Assembly: GCA_963827165.1 (NCBI GenBank)
Contig: CAWGZR010000005.1
Span: 640,001-704,000 of the forward strand
From: Candidatus Bathyarchaeota archaeon
Lineage (GTDB): Archaea; Thermoproteota; Bathyarchaeia; Bathyarchaeales; Bathycorpusculaceae
Reading direction: 5' to 3'
DNA: 64,000 nucleotides
Position numbers and translations under genes: made by a program. This document shows, in pieces, positions 39,258 to 49,225 of this stretch (positions within the stretch are counted from its first letter, which is position 1; every line of letters begins with the position of its first letter). The notes below the pieces were generated by a model that did not search any database, was not told where the DNA came from, and saw only the letters and a list, made by a program, of their open reading frames with translations.

Positions 39258-39893
39258 TCATGGGGGAAGAAGGGTCCAGCTTGCCGCGAAGGCTCCTCGT
39301 TTAGCTCGAAGAGCTGAGTCGGCGCCTGCGATGATTACGACGTCGTTGTCTTCGGGCTCTAGCTGCCCAAGAATTTGGGTTGCTGCTTTTGGGTAATCTT
39401 TCTCTATGCAGTCGCTCACGGATTGAATGTGGAGATGGCCGTCTTTGAAAACAGTGACTAACGCTTTTTTTGCTCCACCTATAATGGCCGCGTCTCTTTG
39501 GTCGATTCCAGACTTAACCTTGTTTCCGCTGTTTTTAACTAAGAACGCAAAATTGAATTCGGCTTGGCTTAGTTCAGATTTAGTGATTTCCACACGTTTT
39601 GGGAAAAACTCTTCGAATTGGCACCATGTCTCTGCGCCCTTCTTTGTTAAGATGCACCCTTCCTTGGAGGTTTCAATTAATTCGGCGTTTCGAAGTCTGC
39701 TTATTATTGTACGCACTGCTCCGTCGCCGACACAAAGCTTCTTCGCCAATGTGTTTCTTCCCAGAGGCTTTTGAGACATTAGCTCAAGAGCGTAGAAAAT
39801 GTGGAAGACGGTGAAGGTTGTTGATGGTCCCGGAGCTTTTTTCCCCGCGATTTCTTGAATGAACTGTTTTAGGGATTCAGCCATTTTTTGCAC
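39258..39893 (-). CDS. Winged-HTH protein with DUF4443-like C-terminus
   Basis: LGRNTLAKKLCVGDGAVRTII HTH; GIDQRDAAIIGGA. Confidence 0.7.
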   Translation of the reverse strand: MQKMAESLKQFIQEIAGKKAPGPSTTFTVFHIFYALELMSQKPLGRNTLAKKLCVGDGAVRTIISRLRNAELIETSKEGCILTKKGAETWCQFEEFFPKRVEITKSELSQAEFNFAFLVKNSGNKVKSGIDQRDAAIIGGAKKALVTVFKDGHLHIQSVSDCIEKDYPKAATQILGQLEPEDNDVVIIAGADSALRAKRGAFAASWTLLPP

Positions 39894-39946
39894 TGCTTTA
39901 ACATAGAGTAGCCTAGGCTTTATAATTTGTCAAAGGCGCAGACCTG

Positions 39947-40324
39947 TCAACGTCGGAAAGCGATGGCTGAAACCTCGACAAGCGCGCCTGCTTTTAACTC
40001 ACCGCCAACAGTGGCCCGCGCAGGAAACTCCCCATCAAAGAACTTCGCGTACTCATCGTTAAACTCCTCGAACAGCGCCATCGAAGAAAGGTAAACGGTA
40101 GTTGAAACAACATCTTTCATTGAGTACTCCGCAGCTTCCAAAACTGCTTTAATATTCTCCATAACCCGCTTTGTCTGAGACCCAACGTCGTCAGCTACTA
40201 TTTTGCCCTTCGCTGGGTCGATTGGCAGTTGCCCCGAAACAAAAAGCAATTTGCCAGCCATCATTCCTTGACTGTATGGACCCACCGGTTTTGGAGCTCT
40301 TTCACTGAATACGGTTTCTGTCAT
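39947..40324 (-). CDS. ridA: RidA/YjgF-family enamine/imine deaminase
   Basis: APKPVGPYSQG, LFVSGQLPIDP, FPARATV, VEVSAIA. Confidence 0.92.
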   Translation of the reverse strand: MTETVFSERAPKPVGPYSQGMMAGKLLFVSGQLPIDPAKGKIVADDVGSQTKRVMENIKAVLEAAEYSMKDVVSTTVYLSSMALFEEFNDEYAKFFDGEFPARATVGGELKAGALVEVSAIAFRR

Positions 40325-40486
40325 CTTATCCCTCTTCATGTTGAGGGTCCTGGCGCTAAAAATGTTTTTTGCTGAACAAACATCAGCATTTTCGTTTTTT
40401 CGGTTGCTCGTTTGTAGAAAGATTTTTAAGAAAAACGGCAAGTATCTTATGTTCCATAACAACAACTTGGATGGAAACAGATTCTT

Positions 40487-41665
40487 ATGAGAATAAACGG
40501 AAAATATGTATTCACTTCTGAGTCAGTTGGCGAAGGACACCCCGACAAAGTTGCAGATCAAATATCTGACAGCGTGCTCGACGCAATATTCACCAATGAT
40601 CCCAAGGCAAGAGTCGACTGCGAAACCCTCGTTATGCAGGGAACCGTAATGATTACAGGCCAAATCACCACTTGCACCTATGTTGATATACCAAAAATTG
40701 TCCGCCAAACCCTCAAAGAAATCGGCTTCGACAACGCCAAAGACGGCTTAGACTGGGAAACCTGCGGCATCTTAGTTTCATTGACCGCACAATCTCCCGA
40801 CATCGCCATGGGCGTAAACGAATCTAAAGGTCACGAACAAGGCGCCGGCGACCAAGGCATGGTTTTCGGCTACGCAACAAACGAGACAAAAGAGCTTATG
40901 CCGCTGCCTATTATGCTGGCGCACAAACTCGTAAAAAGGTTAGCGGAATGCAGAAAAACAAAGCTTATTCCCTGCCTGCGTCCTGACTGCAAGTCCCAAG
41001 TTACAGTGGAATACGTGAATGGCAAGCCAAAATGCGTGAAAACCGTAGTCATCGCCGCACAAAACAATGGCGGACTCGAAGATGCAGCCCTCAAAAAAGA
41101 AATCATAGAGAAAGTTATCAAAAACGTCATTCCCGAAAACATGCTGGCTGAAGACGCAAACTACGTTATCAACGGCACGGGCAGATTCGTCATCGGCGGA
41201 ACATTGGCTGATTCAGGTTTAACTGGAAGAAAAATCATCGTCGACACATACGGAGGTGTTGGAAGCCACGGCGGCGGATGCTTCAGCGGCAAAGACCCCT
41301 CAAAAGTTGATCGTTCAGGCTGCTACATGGCAAGGTACATAGCCAAAAACATTGTTGCTGCAGGGTTGGCTGACCAATGCGAAATCCAAATTTCCTACGC
41401 CATCGGTGTTGCCCAACCAATCTCGGTGCTTGTAAACACATATGAAACTGGGAAGCTTCCTGACTCAAAGATTCTTGAGTTAGTGAATAAACACTTTGAT
41501 ATGAGACCCAAAGCGATCATCGACCAACTGGATCTTCTAAGACCAATCTACAAGAAAACTGCTTGTTTTGGGCACTTCGGAAGAGAAGAATCAGACTTTT
41601 CGTGGGAGAAAACCGATAAAGTCGACCTTCTCAAAGCGGAACTGGGAAACGCTAAAAAAGCGTAA
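40487..41665 (+). CDS. metK: S-adenosylmethionine synthetase, bacterial/eukaryotic type
   Basis: FTSESVGEGHPDK, GAGDQG, GLTGRKIIVDTYGG..HGGGCFSGKDPSKVDRS. Confidence 0.96.
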   Translation: MRINGKYVFTSESVGEGHPDKVADQISDSVLDAIFTNDPKARVDCETLVMQGTVMITGQITTCTYVDIPKIVRQTLKEIGFDNAKDGLDWETCGILVSLTAQSPDIAMGVNESKGHEQGAGDQGMVFGYATNETKELMPLPIMLAHKLVKRLAECRKTKLIPCLRPDCKSQVTVEYVNGKPKCVKTVVIAAQNNGGLEDAALKKEIIEKVIKNVIPENMLAEDANYVINGTGRFVIGGTLADSGLTGRKIIVDTYGGVGSHGGGCFSGKDPSKVDRSGCYMARYIAKNIVAAGLADQCEIQISYAIGVAQPISVLVNTYETGKLPDSKILELVNKHFDMRPKAIIDQLDLLRPIYKKTACFGHFGREESDFSWEKTDKVDLLKAELGNAKKA

Positions 41666-41686
41666 TCCCGACGCCCACTTTTTACC

Positions 41687-42520
41687 CTATTGAAAACTAT
41701 TTCTCGGCGACGGCTTTCCGCCGTTCTCTTTAACCAAACTTGCTAGCTGACGCATTGCTTTTGTTAACATCTCTTCGGGTTTGTCTTCGTGTTTTGCCGC
41801 GGTCGTTAAGTGGATTTCGATGTGAGGTTTGTTTTCGGCGCCCAACGGATGCGACTTGATATAAACTCCAACGTTGGCAGCCATCACTTTATCAATGAGC
41901 GGCGCCAACTGCGACTCCATAATATCCTCTAGGAACATGCTTTTTTCGCAAAACACCCTGTCGCCCACAGCTTCTTTGAGTAGCGGTTCAATTGTCTCAG
42001 TAAAAATGGCTTCCATCTCTGACGGAACTCCTGGCAGTGCAAACAAAACCGTTCCATTCAAATCAAGACGGACGGCTGGCGCTGTGCCGACTGGGTTTTG
42101 GATTGGTTCAGTTTTCTCGGGCAATGTCGCCATTTTGACTCTTGCGGGAGTCATCTCACCTTGGGGTAGGTTTCTTTTCTTGGTGTATTCAATATATTTT
42201 GCCTTTACCATTGCCAACGCTTTTTGGTTGACTTCCAATTTGCGGTTAAACGCCGCAGCTACACCCTCCAAAGTCTTATCATCAAAAGTTGGACCTAACC
42301 CGCCGGAAGTGACGATAAACCGGGGATTCCGCTCTACGGCTTCTCGTGTGACTTTGGCTATTTCTTCAACTATGTCTTGGACGACGGTTACGCGTTTGAC
42401 GTTTGCGCCCAGATATGTGGCTTCCTTTCCCATCCAGAACGCGTTTGTGTTAAGTGTCTTGCCGATTAGTAACTCATTGCCCACACAGATTATTTCTAAG
42501 TCTACCGTCATAGCCTTCAC
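41687..42520 (-). CDS. CinA-like molybdopterin-binding domain protein
   Basis: EIICVGNELLIGKTLNTN, SGGLGPTFDDKT, NPVGTAP, LPGVPSEM. Confidence 0.88.
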   Translation of the reverse strand: MKAMTVDLEIICVGNELLIGKTLNTNAFWMGKEATYLGANVKRVTVVQDIVEEIAKVTREAVERNPRFIVTSGGLGPTFDDKTLEGVAAAFNRKLEVNQKALAMVKAKYIEYTKKRNLPQGEMTPARVKMATLPEKTEPIQNPVGTAPAVRLDLNGTVLFALPGVPSEMEAIFTETIEPLLKEAVGDRVFCEKSMFLEDIMESQLAPLIDKVMAANVGVYIKSHPLGAENKPHIEIHLTTAAKHEDKPEEMLTKAMRQLASLVKENGGKPSPRNSFQ

Positions 42521-42602
42521 TTGATAAATCCAAGTTATTAGAAAAGGTTGTTTTATAGTATTTGCTAGCTAAACGTGTAAAATCTCTCGGAGTTGGGCGG
42601 CT

Positions 42603-42809
42603 TTATTTTTTCTTGCTAAGATACCAGTTGAGATATTCTTTTCTGCGGTTTTGTTTTTGCTCTTCCTCTGTTTCTTCTTCGGGACGGTTCTTATCCCGCA
42701 AATCATTTAGTTCCTGCTGTGTCATTTGTAATCCGCAGCTTTTGCAGATGTAGCGTTTGGTGCCTATTTCGTAATGGCATTCGCCGCCGCATTCAGGACA
42801 GTAAATCAT
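42603..42809 (-). CDS. Small zinc-ribbon protein
   Basis: CPECGG..YICKSCG followed by an acidic/basic helix. Confidence 0.75.
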   Translation of the reverse strand: MIYCPECGGECHYEIGTKRYICKSCGLQMTQQELNDLRDKNRPEEETEEEQKQNRRKEYLNWYLSKKK

Positions 42810-43020
42810 TTTTCCTTTCTCTTCGCGAATTTTACAGTTTAATCGCCGCCGCAGAGATATTAGTCTTCGCATCGAAAACAAGGGTTTTCAAAGGCTTTTT
42901 ATCCCAAACACATGTTCCTTATCGCCAGCAAGCTCTTTTAGAGAAAAATCTATTCCGTGGTTTTCAAAAAGCTTTTATAATAAACAAACAATTGCAAGGG
43001 GTAATACGTCAACTGAGGAA

Positions 43021-43602
43021 TTGAAAATGAGTAACGATTTCATAAGTAAACTGGCTAACCCCGCTCCGCTTGGGTTGTTAGGATTCGGTTTAACCACTGT
43101 TCTGCTTAACCTAGTTAACGCAGGCGCGTTTCCGCTGGACACAATGATTTTAGCTATGGGTATCGCTTATGGGGGAGTCGCCCAAATTATCGTTGGCGCC
43201 ATGGAATATAAGAAAGGTAACACTTTCGGCACCGTAGCATTCACGTCCTACGGCTTGTTTTGGTGGAGTTTCGTTCTACTATTGATTCTGCCCAAATTCA
43301 CCGGGTTCGCTGCTCCATCCGCAGCTTCATTGGCCGCGTACTTCATAATGTGGGGGATCTTCACATTTGCAATGTTCTTCGGCACACTGAAAGCTAACCG
43401 GGCATTGCAGCTGGTCTTCGGTAGCTTAACCGTTCTGTTCATCATCCTAGCGATCACTCAATATGCTAAAAGCACCACCTTCACGCACATAACAGGCATC
43501 GAAGGCATCATATGCGGATTAAGCGCGGTATATCTTGGAGTGGCAGAAGTCCTAAATGAATCGCATAAGAAAACTGTCCTCCCAATTTTCCCAACCAGCT
43601 AA
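43021..43602 (+). CDS. satP: Acetate uptake transporter (GPR1/FUN34/SatP family)
   Basis: [31 protein letters not shown]. Confidence 0.92.
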   Translation: MKMSNDFISKLANPAPLGLLGFGLTTVLLNLVNAGAFPLDTMILAMGIAYGGVAQIIVGAMEYKKGNTFGTVAFTSYGLFWWSFVLLLILPKFTGFAAPSAASLAAYFIMWGIFTFAMFFGTLKANRALQLVFGSLTVLFIILAITQYAKSTTFTHITGIEGIICGLSAVYLGVAEVLNESHKKTVLPIFPTS

Positions 43603-43760
43603 TCATCTCAACTCTTTTTTCATTTTAAAAGAATAACTGAAGTATGAATTAGGTCTGCGATTCAACTTTATCTGAAGTCTGCATTTTTTCTCCTTTCGGA
43701 AGTTTCTTCTGAACGCTGCCTTCGCCTTAACAGTCTATTGAAAATCTCCTTTTCTTTAAA

Positions 43761-43820
43761 TATTGTCAATTTGCGTCAAATTACATCATTTTGTGTCAAT
43801 TCACGTCAAATTGTCTCAAA
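43761..43820. repeat. 10-bp tandem array (~TTGCGTCAAA x6)
   Basis: Direct reading; followed by CAACCCACAG..CAAGCT..AGGAAAAAAATTT. Confidence 0.65.
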
Positions 43821-43960
43821 TAAATCCAACCCACAGCTGATTTTCAAGCTTCCGAAAAAAAACAATTCAAAAAACAGAGGAAAAAAATTTTTGCGCCAAA
43901 AAACTCGAAATTACTGCTCACAAACCTGTGTTCTCATTCTACGATCTTTTTAATCCATTT

Positions 43961-44035
43961 GGGATGTTTTTAGATGTTTCTAGAGGTTTCTAGATCTTTC
44001 TAGAGGTTTCTAGATCTTTTTAGATGTTTTTAGAG
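43961..44035. repeat. 10-bp tandem array (~TAGAGGTTTC x7)
   Basis: Direct reading; followed by TGTTGC..AAGCT..TTTCAAAAAAACA..ACAAACAAAAAAATTT. Confidence 0.75.
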
Positions 44036-44207
44036 AACTGTTGCAATCAATTTAAGCTCTATTTCAAAAAAACAACCCATTTCACAAACAAAAAAATTTA
44101 GATAAAAAAAATTTGATAATTAAAGACGCCAGCAAAACATCAACGCGAAAACACGCTAACTGAAAAACTTATATTCTCTGATGCTTTACCATTTAAAATA
44201 ATTCAGG

Positions 44208-46175
44208 TTGAGCGAGATGTCAGAATCTAGTTTGCCTTTTGAAGAAAGGTATTGTCCAAGTATCGCAAAATTTTCTAATGGAGAAAAAAGAAAACAAGAA
44301 TCCGAAAAAGCACTCAAGGATCCTCAAGCTTACTGGTCTGAAAAGGCAAAAGCCATCGATTGGTTGAAGCCTTTTAGCAAAGTCCTTGATGATTCAAACC
44401 CGCCGTTCTTCAAGTGGTTCCCAGATGGGGAACTAAACATTTGCTATAACGCCATAGACCGGCACATAAATGGTCCCCGCAAGAACAAGCTTGCCTATAT
44501 TTGGGAAGGCGAAATGGGCGAAGTAAAAACTTACACTTACTATCAGCTTTACCGAGAAGTAAACAAGTTTGCAAAAGCACTCAAAGACCTCGGCGTCCAA
44601 AAAGGCGACCGTGTCGCAGTTTTCCTCCCAGTTATTCCCGAGTTGCCAATGGCTCTGCTTGCCACGGCAAGAATAGGCGGAATCCATACTGTAGTTTTTT
44701 CGGGATTTAGCGCTGAAGCATTAGCAGACAGAGTGAATGACTGTGGAGCAAAAATTCTAATCACCGCAGACGGCTCATTCCGAAGAGGAAAACCAGTTGG
44801 CATTAAAGACAACGCCGACCGCGCAATGTCTCTCATGCCTAACATCGAAAAAGTAATAGTTGTCAAGCGTACATGTCAACCAGTCCAGATGAAGGAAGGC
44901 AGAGACATCTGGTACCATGACGCTCTGGCAAACGCAGGCGCAAGTGCCTACGTGGAACCAGAAAGCATGAAATCCACCGATCCACTATTCATTCTCTACA
45001 CTTCAGGAACCACAGGCAAACCAAAAGGTGTTCAACATGGAATAGGCGGATACCTTGTATGGGCTTACTGGACCCTAAAGTGGGCTTTTAACCCAACAGA
45101 CGAAGACATTTACTGGTGTGTCGCAGACATCGGCTGGATCACTGGGCACACATACAACGTATATGCGCCTCTGAGCCATGGAATCACTGCGTTCCTGTTC
45201 GAAGGTACACCTGACTACCCAGGGCAAGACCGCTGGTGGGACATGATCGAAAGACACGGCGTAACCATCCTTTACGGCACCCCAACTGCGGTGCGAATGT
45301 TCATGAAATTCGGCGAAGCCCTCGTTCTAAAACATGACCTAAGCACTCTACGTATCCTCGGCTCAGTCGGCGAACCAATAAACCCCGAAGCTTGGAAATG
45401 GTATTACCGCGTCATTGGCAAAGAAAAACTCCCAATAATCGACACTTGGTGGCAAACAGAAACCGGCGGATTCATGATTTCACCCGCCTCAGGAATAGAA
45501 CTCACACCGCAAAAACCAGGAAGCGCAACATTGCCACTGCCCTCAGTTAACGCAGACATCTACGACGAGAAAGGACAGTCAGTGCCGCAAGGTACCAAAG
45601 GAGTGCTAGTACTCAAGTCACCGTGGCCGGGCATGCTGCAGACAATATGGAAAGACCCTGACCGCTTCAAGCAAACTTACTATGGACGATGGCCAGGAAT
45701 CTACTTCTCAGGCGACTACGCAGTACGCGATCCAGACGGATACTTCTGGCTCTTAGGCAGATCCGACGAAGTCCTCAAAGTGGCAGGACACCGAATCGGC
45801 ACCGTTGAGCTTGAAAGTGCATTAGTTGCTCATCCAGCAGTTTCAGAAGCAGCAGTAATGGGCAAAGAAGACGCGGTCAAAGGAGAAGTTCCAGTGGCCT
45901 TCGTCGTTCTGCGAAGCGGCTTCGCGCCTTCAGACGAGCTCCGCACTGAACTCATAAAGCAAATCAGAACCACAATCGGCCCCATAGCCACCCCCGATGC
46001 AATCGTATTCGTCAACAAGATGCCAAAAACCCGAAGCGGCAAAATCATGCGTAGACTACTAAAGGCAGTCCTAACCGGCGCACCGTTGGGAGACACATCG
46101 ACAATCGAAGACGAAGGCTCCATCGAAGACATAAAAGCAACATACAGTGAACTGCGAAAGCAACTCACTAAATAA
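44208..46175 (+). CDS. acs: Acetyl-CoA synthetase (AMP-forming)
   Basis: YTSGTTGKPKG, DTWWQTETGG, PKTRSGKIMRR (acetylatable Lys). Confidence 0.95.
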   Translation: MSEMSESSLPFEERYCPSIAKFSNGEKRKQESEKALKDPQAYWSEKAKAIDWLKPFSKVLDDSNPPFFKWFPDGELNICYNAIDRHINGPRKNKLAYIWEGEMGEVKTYTYYQLYREVNKFAKALKDLGVQKGDRVAVFLPVIPELPMALLATARIGGIHTVVFSGFSAEALADRVNDCGAKILITADGSFRRGKPVGIKDNADRAMSLMPNIEKVIVVKRTCQPVQMKEGRDIWYHDALANAGASAYVEPESMKSTDPLFILYTSGTTGKPKGVQHGIGGYLVWAYWTLKWAFNPTDEDIYWCVADIGWITGHTYNVYAPLSHGITAFLFEGTPDYPGQDRWWDMIERHGVTILYGTPTAVRMFMKFGEALVLKHDLSTLRILGSVGEPINPEAWKWYYRVIGKEKLPIIDTWWQTETGGFMISPASGIELTPQKPGSATLPLPSVNADIYDEKGQSVPQGTKGVLVLKSPWPGMLQTIWKDPDRFKQTYYGRWPGIYFSGDYAVRDPDGYFWLLGRSDEVLKVAGHRIGTVELESALVAHPAVSEAAVMGKEDAVKGEVPVAFVVLRSGFAPSDELRTELIKQIRTTIGPIATPDAIVFVNKMPKTRSGKIMRRLLKAVLTGAPLGDTSTIEDEGSIEDIKATYSELRKQLTK

Positions 46176-46226
46176 TTTTCTTTCTTCTTTATCTTTTTTG
46201 TTCCAAGAAATTTTTCTTTTCTTCGA

Positions 46227-49064
46227 CTAAGCGGCAACCTTCTGAGTTTCGCTCAGCTGTGGTGTGACCGCTTTGATTTTTTTCTTGGTCGTCTGATCAT
46301 TGACTTGTTGAGTTTGTATTTGTTCAATCTTGGGTTCTGTTTTTAATTCCGCCAAACAGATGTTATCGGCGTCTTCGTTTTTTAGATTCAATGTTCCTCT
46401 GGCGGTTCCATCACCGAGGTATTCAAAACTGAACCCCATCTTCTTCATGAGATCCATTGCCCGCGCGTTGTCAGGGAGCACAATTGCATAGATCTCCTCT
46501 AACCCTTTCTCCTTAGCTATGTCAAGAACGTAATCAACCATTTTAGTGCCTAACCCATAACCTTGGTATTGGTCACGTACAATGAATGCGACCTCGCCGT
46601 TTTTCCCATCTGACTCTATGCTTACACGGGCGACGCCCAATATTTTTCTCTGCGGGCTCTTTACCAGTTCGGCCACTATTGCTATTTCCCGGTCGTAATC
46701 TATGTTGCAGTAACGTACTACAACTTCATGCGGGGTGTCTCTTAATATCTCAAAGAACCTGTAACGTATGGATTCCTCAGAAAAACCCTGAAACATATCC
46801 AGCCACAGCGGCTCATCTTCTGGCTTTATCGGTCTTAATAGCACTTCTTCGCCGGTTTTTAAAGACCAGATTGTCTCGTACTTTTTTGGGTATGGACTAA
46901 TCACCATGTGCTCGTGGGGACCAAATTTTCTGCAGACCTCTTCTTTGTTGATTGCGATGCGGGCGTCAAGGATGTAGGCTCCTTTCTCGCTCACCAGCAA
47001 CGGGTTGATGCTGACTTCTTTTATTTGCGGAAAATCCACAAGAAGCTTGGAAAAGAGAAGCAGCGTTTCAATGACTTTCTTGGTGTCCACGGGTGGAGTG
47101 TTGCGGTAGCCTTTGAGAAGCTTGTAGACTTTGGTTTCCTCCATCATGCGTCGGACCAACGTGATGTTTAGTGGAGGCAGCCCTATTGAGTAGTCTTTAA
47201 AGAGGTCAATTCCTGCTCCAGCCATCCCGAACAAGATGACGGGTCCCCAAACAGGGTCGGTTTTGCCTCCGATGATGAGTTCGTACCCTTTTTCCTCGAT
47301 CATGTGCTGAACAACGACGCCGATTACTTGCGCTTCAGGTTTATAGTCCGTTGCCCGCTGAACTAGGCTCTGGTAGGCTTCCCGAACTTCTCCTGGCGAA
47401 TTCACGTTTAGAACGACTCCGCCTGCCGCTTTCTTGCTTACGATTTGCGGCGAAAGAATTTTGAGAACCACTGGAAACCCGATTTCCTGCGCATATGAAA
47501 CGGCTTCATCAGCGTTATGGGCAACTAGGCTTTTGAGTATTGGAAAATTGTAGTATTTTAGGATGCTTTCGGCTTCTTCGTCGGTTAAGATTTCCCGATT
47601 GTTAAAAGCTGCGTTTCTGATGATCGCCATAACGGGACGTTTAGGTGGAGAAGCGTCAAGCGGCAGCTCTTCAGGAGTTTCGTAGAGAAGCTCTAAGTTG
47701 CGTTGGTAATTGTACATGTACATGTAGGTTTTGGTTGCTTGGTCAGGAGTCGAATACGTTGGGATATCGTTTGCGCTGAAGATTTTGTTTGCATGCATCA
47801 CAGCGTCGAAACCCATGAACGATGTCAAGATGGTTTTGTTCTTGTAGGATCTGCTGTTAACGAGATCAACGATGCTTTTTGCTATTTCAGCCGGTTCCGA
47901 TCCTGCCTGCTGAGTAAAGATGATCAGTATTCCATCTACCGTGTCATCGTCAAGGCATGCTCCGACTGCAGCTCTGTAATAGTCCGAGATGGCGTCGCCG
48001 ACTACGTCGATGGGATTGCCTTTACTCCAGAAGGGCGGTAACACGCTGTTTAGAACCTCCATGGTTTTCTCACTTAGTTTAGCCAGTTTCCCACCTTGTG
48101 CAATTAATGCATCTGTAGCCATTACTCCAGCCCCGCCTGCGTTGGTTATTATGGCGAGTCTTGACCCTTTCGGCAAAGGTTGAGTCCCCAGAACCTGTGC
48201 TGCATTAAACAAATCGTTGATTTCTTGAACGCGCACTATGCCCGCACGTTTGAAGGCAGCGTCGTAAATTTCGTCGTCTCCTGCGACTGATCCTGTATGG
48301 GACGCGGCTGCTTTGGCGCTTTCAGGGTATTTGCCCGCCTTCACCACTATTATCGGTTTGGTTCTTGAAAAGTGCCTTGCAGCGCTCATGAATTTTCGGG
48401 CGTCAGTTATTCCTTCCACATACATTATTATGCTCTTAGTTTTCGGGTCAGAACCAAAATAATCGACTAAATCTCCGAAGTCAACGTCAACCATCGAGCC
48501 GACCGAGACAAAGTTGCTTAACCCGATGTTTTCATGGATTGCCCAGTCAAGAATCGCTGAGCCTAAGGCGCCGCTTTGAGATATAAATGCAATGTTGCCT
48601 GCTTTAGGCATCTTATCCAAAAAAGAAGCGTTCAGGTTTATTCTGGGTCGAATAACACCGATGCAGTTTGGCCCGATAATTCGGATGTCATATTTCTTCG
48701 CTACTTCTCCAATCGCATCTTCCAACAGCTTTCCTTCAATACCTGTCTCTTTGAACCCTGCTGAAACGATGATAACACCCTTAACCTTCGCCCTCCCACA
48801 TTGCTCCATAACTTCTTGCATAGTTTTCGCCGGCGTGGCGATAATAGCTAAGTCGATGGGTTCAGAAATTTGGTCGATTGACTTGAAGGTTTTGACGCCG
48901 AAAATCTCTGGTTTGCGAATGTTCACAAAATAATATTTGCCCGCGAAGCCGAGTTGAGTAAAGTTTTTGGCTATTAAGTAGCCTACTGAGCCTTCAACGT
49001 CGCTGGCTCCTATTATTGCGACGCTTTTCGGGTTGAAAATATTATCAAGATTTTTGGTGACCAT
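46227..49064 (-). CDS. NDP-forming acyl-CoA ligase-like domains fused to a C-terminal GNAT (Pat-type protein acetyltransferase)
   Basis: PKSVAIIGAS, GPNCIG, SQSGA, ASHTG; ATP-grasp region; GNAT SIRYRFF..IDYDREIAIV..YQGYGLGT. Confidence 0.88.
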   Translation of the reverse strand: MVTKNLDNIFNPKSVAIIGASDVEGSVGYLIAKNFTQLGFAGKYYFVNIRKPEIFGVKTFKSIDQISEPIDLAIIATPAKTMQEVMEQCGRAKVKGVIIVSAGFKETGIEGKLLEDAIGEVAKKYDIRIIGPNCIGVIRPRINLNASFLDKMPKAGNIAFISQSGALGSAILDWAIHENIGLSNFVSVGSMVDVDFGDLVDYFGSDPKTKSIIMYVEGITDARKFMSAARHFSRTKPIIVVKAGKYPESAKAAASHTGSVAGDDEIYDAAFKRAGIVRVQEINDLFNAAQVLGTQPLPKGSRLAIITNAGGAGVMATDALIAQGGKLAKLSEKTMEVLNSVLPPFWSKGNPIDVVGDAISDYYRAAVGACLDDDTVDGILIIFTQQAGSEPAEIAKSIVDLVNSRSYKNKTILTSFMGFDAVMHANKIFSANDIPTYSTPDQATKTYMYMYNYQRNLELLYETPEELPLDASPPKRPVMAIIRNAAFNNREILTDEEAESILKYYNFPILKSLVAHNADEAVSYAQEIGFPVVLKILSPQIVSKKAAGGVVLNVNSPGEVREAYQSLVQRATDYKPEAQVIGVVVQHMIEEKGYELIIGGKTDPVWGPVILFGMAGAGIDLFKDYSIGLPPLNITLVRRMMEETKVYKLLKGYRNTPPVDTKKVIETLLLFSKLLVDFPQIKEVSINPLLVSEKGAYILDARIAINKEEVCRKFGPHEHMVISPYPKKYETIWSLKTGEEVLLRPIKPEDEPLWLDMFQGFSEESIRYRFFEILRDTPHEVVVRYCNIDYDREIAIVAELVKSPQRKILGVARVSIESDGKNGEVAFIVRDQYQGYGLGTKMVDYVLDIAKEKGLEEIYAIVLPDNARAMDLMKKMGFSFEYLGDGTARGTLNLKNEDADNICLAELKTEPKIEQIQTQQVNDQTTKKKIKAVTPQLSETQKVAA

Positions 49065-49225
49065 TACCAGTTAGCCCCTGACTATGGAGTGAATACCCTA
49101 AGTTAAACCTACTCTGCCGCCCTATTTGATTTTTATGAATTATGTATTTCAAAAAGTGAGGCACAGAAGGATAATTAGAAATATACTGTGCCAATGTCGA
49201 TGGATTTTAAAAAATAAAGAAAAAT

